Source: Bdellovibrionota bacterium
Lineage (GTDB): Bacteria; Bdellovibrionota_C; UBA2361; JBGSMV01
DNA length: 14,787 bases
Reading direction: 5' to 3'
Assembly: GCA_044356455.1 (NCBI GenBank)
Contig: JBIKWF010000109.1
Span: 1 to 14,787, forward strand
Part shown: positions 8,129 to 14,787 of the stretch, in pieces
Layout: each line of letters begins with the position of its first letter
How positions within the stretch are numbered: the stretch's first letter is position 1
Notes under the pieces: model-generated
Database searches by the model: none
What the model was told of the DNA's origin: nothing
Seen by the model: only the letters and a program-made list of their open reading frames with translations
Position numbers and translations under genes: made by a program

Positions 8129-9058
8129 ATGGAAGCAAATACGGCAGTTCAATCAGGGAGCCTCGCGAATCTTTCTGCACCAGTCACAGCACCGCCAGTG
8201 CCGCGGATCGACCCCAACACGGGCTATCCGCTCGAGTCGCGTCTCTGGGTGCTTGGGGGGAGCGATCTCGAAATGAAGGTAATCGCCGGGCTGCTGCGGC
8301 TCGCAGGCGAGCGCTTTGTACAGCCGCGTAAAGAATGGGGCAACCACTCCTTTGATCCATCGGATCTCGGGATCGAAATGGTTGCGCGCGAATCCTCGTA
8401 TCACGGAGGGTTGGATCGCCGAAAGGAGCACCTTCCACGTGAGGGTCTTCCGAGGCTCTACGTCTTCGTTGAGTGTTCGCCTGGCAAAGGTTGGGAAGAC
8501 ACTAATCCAGTAGTTCTCGACCACCATGGCGAGCAATCTCAGTGGCCAGCCGCGGTACTACAGGTGCTGAAGAAGCTCGACTTGCAGATATCTGAACCGA
8601 CTCGGCGCTTCATCGAGCTGGTCGCGGCGAACGATGTCGCTCATATCGAGGGCATGCGGGCTCTTGGAGCCTCGATCGAGGAAATAGGAAGAATTCGAGC
8701 TCTCGATCGTGAGGCCCAGGGCATCGGTATTGAGCACGAGCGCGAAGCGGAGCGCGCCATCGGCAATCGTGTGCAGAAGGATCGACTCACCATTGTGTCT
8801 ATGGAGCATTCCAAGACCGCAACCGTAACAGATCGGCTCTATGGAAGTTACGACCAGCTCCTGGTCCGCTCAGGCGACGGCGAGGCAAACTTTTTCGGCG
8901 ATGGCAAACTCTGTGCGGAACTTCAGAAAAGATTCGGCGGCTGGTCAGGCGGTAGTGGTCTCGGCGTGCCAAGTCAGACGGCGTATTGGGGCATGTCAAA
9001 CGCCGGCGATAATGTTCAGAGTTTTATCGAAGAGCACCTTATGAATGGGGCTTCATGA
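8129..9058 (+). CDS. DHH-motif phosphoesterase, NrN-like (309 aa from ATG 8129)
   Basis: GAGGAG at 8119-8124 favours ATG 8129 over TTG 8075. Ordered motifs LGGSDLEM, FVE, LDHH, LQV, LVAAND, GMRALGAS.EEI..IR..DR.AQG and DRLY..YDQLLV match my recollection of the Bacteroides fragilis type III-B CRISPR-associated NrN. Confidence 0.75.
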   Translation: MEANTAVQSGSLANLSAPVTAPPVPRIDPNTGYPLESRLWVLGGSDLEMKVIAGLLRLAGERFVQPRKEWGNHSFDPSDLGIEMVARESSYHGGLDRRKEHLPREGLPRLYVFVECSPGKGWEDTNPVVLDHHGEQSQWPAAVLQVLKKLDLQISEPTRRFIELVAANDVAHIEGMRALGASIEEIGRIRALDREAQGIGIEHEREAERAIGNRVQKDRLTIVSMEHSKTATVTDRLYGSYDQLLVRSGDGEANFFGDGKLCAELQKRFGGWSGGSGLGVPSQTAYWGMSNAGDNVQSFIEEHLMNGAS

Positions 9059-9102
9059 GCGGCAGCGAAGATGTGACACGCTAGTGTATTGTTACCCGGG
9101 GC

Positions 9103-9139
9103 CTTGGCGCTTAACAGGAGTGAGCACCAAGCCTTGTTT
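9103..9139 (+). terminator. Possible intrinsic terminator of the DHH gene
   Basis: Imperfect stem CTTGGCGCTTA / TGAGCACCAAG followed by CCTTGTTT, about 45 nt after the stop. The U-tract is weak. Confidence 0.35.
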
Positions 9140-9278
9140 CAGGCCGCATTCGCTTCTGCTTGGGGCGCGCTTAGCGCTCATGCCGCTTCCACAAGGCGCC
9201 GAAAACCCTTGCCATTAACCTCGGCGAATCCGCGGGTAGCTGTGAGTAAGTAAATCAATCGTCCTGAGTATCTCCGGA

Positions 9279-9720
9279 GGGATAGGAGGGTAAGAGCTGA
9301 ATGAGTTTCAAACTGTTTGAAGTGGGCTGGTAGCGTAGCGACGGTCGTTCGCCGTGGTGGGCTGAAATGAGGGATGTGCCCTGGTTTCGGCTCTGCCTGG
9401 TGACCGACAGGCGAGCGATTTGGGATTTTTGGCGTTGTTTTTCGGTGTGTCGAGTGATTGCGGGAACACGGGTTACGCTGCCTGGGGAGTCAAGCGAAGT
9501 CGTCAGTGATGGAGAGTTTCTCTAAAGAGAGCGGTCCACGTTCTATGAAGGTTTCAAGCACCTCATCGCGCAGCACGCCGTAAGTCGGCTGAAACCAATC
9601 TTCCCAGGCCCGCGGGAGGTCATCCCGTCCGTGGCATACAATCCGGTACAGCGGCGACTCTTCCGGTTGCCTTCGGCGGTAGTGTTGGAGCTTCGCCTGC
9701 TACCAGCCCGCCTCCAAACC
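9279..9720 (-). mobile_element. Internally deleted IS91/ISCR-like element remnant (limits approximate)
   Basis: Contains a transposase fragment at 9490-9699. Downstream on the minus strand is CTCCTATCCC (9288-9279), resembling the TTCCTATACCC-type oriIS end of ISCR elements as recalled. Confidence 0.6.
9490..9699 (-). pseudogene. IS91-family (Y2/HUH) transposase fragment
   Basis: Manual translation: QAKLQHYRRRQPEESPLYRIVCHGRDDLPRAWEDWFQPTYGVLRDEVLETF-IERGPLSLEKLSITDDFA*. The first part resembles the N-terminus before the IS91 Zn-binding domain; IERGPLSLEKL resembles the (Y)xxRxPxSLExL segment of the Y2 domain. An in-frame TAG at 9702-9700 follows a GGAGG, and there is no start codon. Confidence 0.7.
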
Positions 9721-9805
9721 CTCCTAGGACGTCCTGTGACACACTCCTAGTCGAGGGCCGCTTAAAATGCTAGTTCTTTCGAGTTATTCTTCGGGGAATG
9801 TTCCT

Positions 9806-10858
9806 ATGAAATCATTCTGGTACTCAGCCCTCTTCCTGCTCACCCTGCTGTCTGCGAGCACTGCTTCCGCAGCACCCGTCAAGCTCACGGTTGGTTTCAT
9901 CGCGGCGCTCAGTGGCTCCGCTCAAAGTTACGGGGAGGCAGCTCGCAATGGCTTTGAAATGGCGCTCCGTGAAGTTAGAGACGTTGACGTTGGAGACGGC
10001 GCAATTCATGTGATCTACGAGGATGATCAATTCACTCCTGCAAAAACTGTCTCTAGTTTTAACAAACTCGCCAACCTTGATTCAATTGACGTAGCAGTAT
10101 GCGTAGGCTCAGCCACCTGCAATGCTATCGCTCCACTAGCTCAGTCGCGCGCCATTCCTTTGTTCGGGTGGGCCAGCGATAGAAACGTATCGCTTGGGCG
10201 CTCCATGGTGATGCGTACCTATCCGAGTGGTGAGAACGAAGGAAAACGAGCTGTCGAAGAAGCTCTCAGCAAGAACTTCTCAAAAATCGGCATGATCACC
10301 ACTATCCACGATTATCCTCAATCTTGGCGGGCTGGCGCACTAGAGACTCTTAAGCCTGAAAATTTGGCCTTTGAAACTCAGGTCATGCCTGACCTTAAAG
10401 ACTTTAGGTCTCTTTTGCTTAAAGCGCGCAGCCGTGGCGCTCAAGATTTATTGCTCTGTACACTTCCCGGTCAAGCGGGGCTAATCGCAAAGCAAGCTCT
10501 TGAGTTGGGAATAAAACCAAAAATTGGTGGCTGCGAGTTTCTATCGGATAAAAACGAACTCGCCCTTTCTGGCGGAGCTCTCAAGGGCGGCTGGTTCATC
10601 ACCGTTCAAGTCGCTCAAGCTTTTCGTGCGAACTACCTTGCTCAGTATAAGAATGACAATGCCATTTCTGGTGCAGTGGTTCACTACGATTTGGGAAAGC
10701 TATTACTCAAGGTGGCCGGAAAAGTTACCCGCCAAGAGTTAATTTCTGCGCTATTAAATCTGCGCCAGCATGAGAGCGCGGCTGGAACCGTGCTACTCAA
10801 GAACATCGAAGAGGATCGTTACTTTGAATATCCTCTCGTAGCTCAGATGATAGGGTAA
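9806..10858 (+). CDS. ABC-type periplasmic substrate-binding protein, LivJ/LivK-like
   Basis: Signal peptide from ATG 9806 (MKSFWYSALFLLTLLSASTASA|AP) with GGGGA upstream. Motifs VGFIAALSG..QSYGE..RNG.EMA, IYEDDQ..P, DFRSLLLK, and F...Y...Y. Confidence 0.9.
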   Translation: MKSFWYSALFLLTLLSASTASAAPVKLTVGFIAALSGSAQSYGEAARNGFEMALREVRDVDVGDGAIHVIYEDDQFTPAKTVSSFNKLANLDSIDVAVCVGSATCNAIAPLAQSRAIPLFGWASDRNVSLGRSMVMRTYPSGENEGKRAVEEALSKNFSKIGMITTIHDYPQSWRAGALETLKPENLAFETQVMPDLKDFRSLLLKARSRGAQDLLLCTLPGQAGLIAKQALELGIKPKIGGCEFLSDKNELALSGGALKGGWFITVQVAQAFRANYLAQYKNDNAISGAVVHYDLGKLLLKVAGKVTRQELISALLNLRQHESAAGTVLLKNIEEDRYFEYPLVAQMIG

Positions 10859-10861
10859 CGC

Positions 10862-12118
10862 GTGAATATTCTTTGGATAGCCTTTGTCTGGCCTGAGCCT
10901 GACTCCTCAGCAGCAGGCACTCGAACCCAGCAGCTGCTTCTCACGCTGCAAAAGCAAGGCTATCCCGTAACAGTGCTTTCCCCCTGCCAGGACAACAAGT
11001 ACCGGACAGCGCTCGAGCAGCAGGGTTTTCGCTGTTATCAATGCCCCCCTAATGACGCGCGATTTGATTCATTGCTCAAAGAGATTAATCCTCAGGTGGT
11101 CTTCTTCGACCGCTTTATGGTCGAAGAGCAATTCTCTTGGCGGGTTAAAGAGCACTGCCCAGAGGCCCTGCGTGTCTTAGACACTATCGATCTGCACTTT
11201 CTGCGGCGCGCTCGCCAACGCGCCTCTGAGCGGGGTGAAAGCGTTCAGAATCTTTGCGACTCCGAGAAGCACTCGACTGACACGCTGCGCGAGCTTTCTG
11301 CCATCTATCGCTCTGACCTTTCTCTCATTATTTCTTCTAGCGAGCTTCAACTCCTTCGCCACGAGTTCCAGATTCCGGAGTCTCTCCTTACCCTTTGCGC
11401 CATGTCCCGCGCGAAGCTTGAGAACTATCCAACTTTTGAAAATCGCAAAAACTGCGTAGCAATTGGAAATTTTAACCATCCTCCCAATAGAGATAGCGTT
11501 GAATTTCTAAGAGAGGATCTCTGGCCACGCATTAAAGGAATTTTGATTGAACGCGGAGTCTCGGCTCCCGAACTTCATATTTACGGCTCATACGCCAGCT
11601 CAGAGGTCTTAAAGCTTGATTCCTCAGCGACGGGTTTTCGAATTAAGGGATACACACCAGACGCGGCTCAAACTCTAAGCAACTACCGGGTCAATTTAGC
11701 CCCTCTGCGTTTCGGAGCGGGAGTAAAAGGAAAAATTCTCGACGGCTGGGCGGGCGGCACACCTAGCGCCGCAACCCACCTTGCAGCCGAGGGTATGACG
11801 ATGTGCAAGGAGGGCAGATCACTATTTGGCGGAATTTTAGAGGACTCCGCCGAGCACTTTGTGCAGCGCGCCGCGGATCTTTACTCTGACCAAGTCCTTT
11901 GGGAGAAGTCACAAACTGCTGGATTCGAAATACTAGAGGGCTGTTTTAACCCTCTGCGCAATGAGAACCTCTTCATCGAAGTACTTAAAGCCTCGTATGC
12001 GATGCGTCATGAGCGGCGCCTTCAGAACACCATCGGCGCCATGCTATGGTATCAAGGTAATCGAAGTACGGAATACTTTTCGCGCTGGATAGAGGAGAAG
12101 AACAAAGCCAACGCTTAG
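10862..12118 (+). CDS. GT-B fold glycosyltransferase, GT4 family (418 aa)
   Basis: Motifs WPEPDSSAAG.R, VFFDRFMVEEQFSWRV, LDTIDLHFLR, IGNFNHPPN.D, RVNLAPLRFGAGVKGKI, and STEYFSRWIEEKN. GTG start 3 nt after the upstream stop, suggesting an operon. Confidence 0.92.
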   Translation: MNILWIAFVWPEPDSSAAGTRTQQLLLTLQKQGYPVTVLSPCQDNKYRTALEQQGFRCYQCPPNDARFDSLLKEINPQVVFFDRFMVEEQFSWRVKEHCPEALRVLDTIDLHFLRRARQRASERGESVQNLCDSEKHSTDTLRELSAIYRSDLSLIISSSELQLLRHEFQIPESLLTLCAMSRAKLENYPTFENRKNCVAIGNFNHPPNRDSVEFLREDLWPRIKGILIERGVSAPELHIYGSYASSEVLKLDSSATGFRIKGYTPDAAQTLSNYRVNLAPLRFGAGVKGKILDGWAGGTPSAATHLAAEGMTMCKEGRSLFGGILEDSAEHFVQRAADLYSDQVLWEKSQTAGFEILEGCFNPLRNENLFIEVLKASYAMRHERRLQNTIGAMLWYQGNRSTEYFSRWIEEKNKANA

Positions 12119-12157
12119 GCCTCCTTCCAGGGGGGAGTGCCGCAGCGAATTCGCCCA

Positions 12158-12781
12158 TCAGCGCGCCGAATATTCGTCAAGTACCCTGGATAAGCTCGAA
12201 ATGGCGTAGACAGGCAGGCAGAGCATATCAGTTTCAATTTCCTTCGTTCCCTCCCCAGTGACCACGCGCTGCTTAACCTTACTTACAAAACTCTTTCGCT
12301 CGGAGAGATCAAACCGTACCACAACTTTCGCGCCTTTCGCGGCCACATACTGCCAAAGCGAGCGCATCTTTCCAGTAGCTCCGGATTTGACTTCTACTGG
12401 GTAGATGCGCCCTTTCTCGGCGATCAAAAAATCAATCTCGGCCGCGCCCTCTTTGCCTCCTCGCAACCAATAATAGAGCTCTGTCAGCTCAGTATCTCCT
12501 CTCCTAAATACCAAATGCTGCGCAATAAACTGCTCAGCCAGGAAGCCCTTGGTGAGTAGCTCCTCTGCTGGGAGCTTAAAAAGCTCCTCCCACTCCAACC
12601 CGGTTGCTGCGTTATAAAGACCAACATCTAAGAAGTATAGTTTCATCGTGCTTGGGTCCGCGCAGGCCTTCAATGGCAAACCTGAAGCCTTATTATTACT
12701 GGCTGCGTACACCACACTCGCTCTCGCCAAGACCGCGATAGCTTCTCTCACTCGACTAGAATGGGCGCCTGAAAAACTTAT
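12158..12781 (-). pseudogene. 5'-truncated AAA_14/DUF4143 ATP-binding protein (C-terminal half only)
   Basis: Motifs KLYFLDVGL, GFLAEQFIAQHL, LYYW, AEIDFLI and YPVEVKSG (DUF4143 with PD-(D/E)xK-like end). No Walker A/B. The nominal TTG start (12793) and first codons fall inside the left end of element B3. Confidence 0.82.
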
Positions 12782-12905
12782 TGGGACACCCAATTTCTAT
12801 AGCCGAGAGTGAGGGCTGAAGTTCCCCTTAAGCGGCTAACGGCCTGAAATAAATAGTCGCCCTGCTTCGGCCTGAATTAGGCAACGGGAAAGAATGGGTG
12901 TCCCA
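12782..12905. repeat. Family B inverted-terminus element, copy 3 (124 bp)
   Basis: TGGGACACCCA (12782-12792) and TGGGTGTCCCA (12895-12905), with a 102-bp interior. Confidence 0.75.
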
Positions 12906-12936
12906 GGGGGCTTCCCAGGGGGCTTCCCAGGGGGCT
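12901..12936 (+). repeat. Perfect 12-bp tandem repeat x3 (TCCCAGGGGGCT)
   Basis: Units at 12901-12912, 12913-12924 and 12925-12936. The first overlaps the right terminus of B3. Confidence 0.92.
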
Positions 12937-12945
12937 CGATGTCAA

Positions 12946-13929
12946 TTACCGAATCGCCCTCTTGTAGCTCTGCCCTTCCGTAAGGGAGACCTCCCCCTTC
13001 TTTGCAACCAAGAAGTCAACGTCGGTAATAGTCGACGAAACGGAGTGGTCATTTACCGAAGGAGAAGTCACCTCGAAATGAAGATAGGATGCGAGTGGCC
13101 CTTGGCTAGGCGCTACCGCACCGATAGGAGTTCCCGCTTCAACTTTCTGGCCTAGGCTTACACGATTCGCTCCCGTAGTGATGTAATAATATCTATCTAT
13201 AGTTCCATCAGCGTTCTCAATATAGAGATGAGCGATGTCGTCGCCTGGGTCATCGAGTTGAACGTCGCTGCCCATAGTGCCGGCAGTAAAATCCACGATA
13301 GTGCCCGAACGAGCGGCGAGAACTGTGGTTCCAACCGGGGCCTGGAAGCGGAAACTTGCGTCACTGCCGCCACTTGGCTTGTACAGCAGCTTTGTTGCCC
13401 CAAGGAGCTGAAGAGGTAGCAGGAACCTTCCCGTAGGCTCTGCGTTTTGCTTCCCCCAGTCCCAGCTAAACGAATAATTATACTCCCAATCAAACCAGCC
13501 TATGAGTTGGCTGTAGGTGCTAATGTAAAGCCTCTGGCAAGGCGCGAGCACGTAGGATGGTTCGGGAAACGTGCCTTCCTTGTAGGGAACCATATTCTTC
13601 GCTTCTACCTCAAACGAGGCAGTAACGCTGGAGAACTGCTCATTTTCGAAGTAGAAGCGCACGGAGTTACCATCATCAATTTTCTCCGCGACCACGCATA
13701 CTCCGCCATGACATTTTCGTTTAACTCGATCGCTGTTTCCCGCGAGAGCTGAGAGAACGGAGAGCACGGCGTCTGCATTACTGTTACTGGAGGCGTTCTG
13801 AGAAAAACAAGGTCCACGGCCTTCGACTTCCGAGGGCCTTGCACCGTTCATGGTAGCGCAGCCTGTCGTCAGTGCGGTGGCTGTGAGAAGAATGAGTGCC
13901 TTTTTTATACGACTAGCGAGATGCAGCAT
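12946..13929 (-). CDS. Lipoprotein with a degenerate M23/LytM peptidase domain
   Basis: Lipobox-like RIKKALILLTATALTTG|C. M23 pattern F.APVGT.VLAARSGTIV, LYIENADGT..RY, VSLGQKVEAGTPIG, LHFEV. Start is ATG 13929 or 13944. Confidence 0.82.
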   Translation of the reverse strand: MLHLASRIKKALILLTATALTTGCATMNGARPSEVEGRGPCFSQNASSNSNADAVLSVLSALAGNSDRVKRKCHGGVCVVAEKIDDGNSVRFYFENEQFSSVTASFEVEAKNMVPYKEGTFPEPSYVLAPCQRLYISTYSQLIGWFDWEYNYSFSWDWGKQNAEPTGRFLLPLQLLGATKLLYKPSGGSDASFRFQAPVGTTVLAARSGTIVDFTAGTMGSDVQLDDPGDDIAHLYIENADGTIDRYYYITTGANRVSLGQKVEAGTPIGAVAPSQGPLASYLHFEVTSPSVNDHSVSSTITDVDFLVAKKGEVSLTEGQSYKRAIR

Positions 13930-14068
13930 ATGCCTCCAAAGCATCTAGATCGCTCCAGTGATCGGCGGAAAGGGCACATTTCTTTAGTAGATCTAGCCCG
14001 TCATGCCCACGGGCCCCAAGGCTGAAATTTGCTGCGGCCGCACCCTTACGCTCAGCTAATTCGGGTCG

Positions 14069-14787
14069 TTATACTTTATTGAGGGCCTCTGCCACTGCCG
14101 GACTAAATTGTTTCCAATGGTGGATACGATCATATACCAACATATCGCAGTGAACGACGTGAGTACCAAACGCCTTACGAATATGCTGCACGATCTGTCC
14201 TAGCTCTTGGGGAGTGCGGCAGTGCAGATTAACGCTTAAATCATACGCCCCATGCGCCGTACCTGCGTAATAAACTTCGGGGACTCCACGAAACGCGGCC
14301 TGCAGGGCTTGGAGAGTGAGCCCCGGTCGAAGCCTAAAAAGCAAATGATAGCCAGTGAAGCCAAGCCGCTGGTAATCGACGCCGACACCAAAACTTATAA
14401 TAACCTTCCGCTCGATCAGATGCTGCATGCGGCGACTAACCGTTTGCCTAGAGCAGTCGAGCTTCGCCGCAAGTGAAACAATAGTGGCACGCGGATCATC
14501 AGCAAGCGCCTTAAGAAGTCTAATATCAAGTGGGCTCGGATCTTGCCGTTCATAAGTTAATGGCAGCGGCGAACTTCGCCGGGCAAGTATGGCTGCAAAA
14601 GACCCATCATCGCGAAATTTTAACTTGGGCAATTGATTGAAATTTGGCAGCAAGTGCGTGAATTCAAGGTCGTCAACTTCTGCGTAAGTAACGTACTCCT
14701 GGACCTGATTCTTCAAGCGACTAAATAGATCAGGAAGAATCGCGCTCATCGGCAAGCGCTCGTGAACCTCAACAATTACCTGAGTAT
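14069..14787 (-). CDS. Lrp/AsnC-family regulator, probably tandem-domain; 5' end outside the window
   Basis: LDIRLLKALADDPRATIVSLAAKLDCSRQTVSRRMQHLIERKVI HTH, VDYQRLG, and G.YDL RAM domain. The frame stays open from 14755 to the window edge (TQVIVEVHER), and more than 80 aa precede the HTH. Confidence 0.88.
   Translation of the reverse strand, partial: TQVIVEVHERLPMSAILPDLFSRLKNQVQEYVTYAEVDDLEFTHLLPNFNQLPKLKFRDDGSFAAILARRSSPLPLTYERQDPSPLDIRLLKALADDPRATIVSLAAKLDCSRQTVSRRMQHLIERKVIISFGVGVDYQRLGFTGYHLLFRLRPGLTLQALQAAFRGVPEVYYAGTAHGAYDLSVNLHCRTPQELGQIVQHIRKAFGTHVVHCDMLVYDRIHHWKQFSPAVAEALNKV

Noticed and set aside
9279..9720. The IS91 remnant as the mobiliser of families A and B
   Set aside because: It lacks the catalytic region, and I see no TGG(G/T)ACACCC motif at its ends.
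8075..9805. ORF-track starts at 8075 and 9767
   Set aside because: ATG 8129 has a GAGGAG SD, and ATG 9806 gives a clean signal peptide with a purine-rich SD.
12898..13155. 85-aa ORF beginning MSQGASQGASQGA
   Set aside because: The peptide repeat is just the 12-bp tandem repeat; the rest is antisense to the M23 gene.

Overview
Bacterial accessory-type region with no rRNA, tRNA or CRISPR array. Recognisable genes are an orphan flagellin, a TrmB-type HTH regulator divergent from a DHH-motif protein resembling the NrN phosphodiesterase of CorA-linked type III CRISPR systems, a LivJ-like periplasmic binding protein followed by a GT4 glycosyltransferase, a 5'-truncated AAA_14/DUF4143 ATPase, an M23-fold lipoprotein lacking most Zn ligands, and an Lrp/AsnC regulator cut by the window edge. 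Four ORFs are unassignable. The main non-coding signal is six short elements with related inverted termini TGG(G/T)ACACCC...GGGTGT(C/A)CCA. Three are near-identical 153-bp copies (894-1046, 6221-6373, 6976-7128). Three are 124-127-bp elements with conserved ends but dissimilar interiors (2104-2227, 3902-4028, 12782-12905). They sit at gene junctions and two coincide with altered gene ends. An internally deleted IS91/ISCR-like remnant, absent from the ORF track, lies at about 9279-9720. All family calls come from motif recognition by eye; no searches were run.
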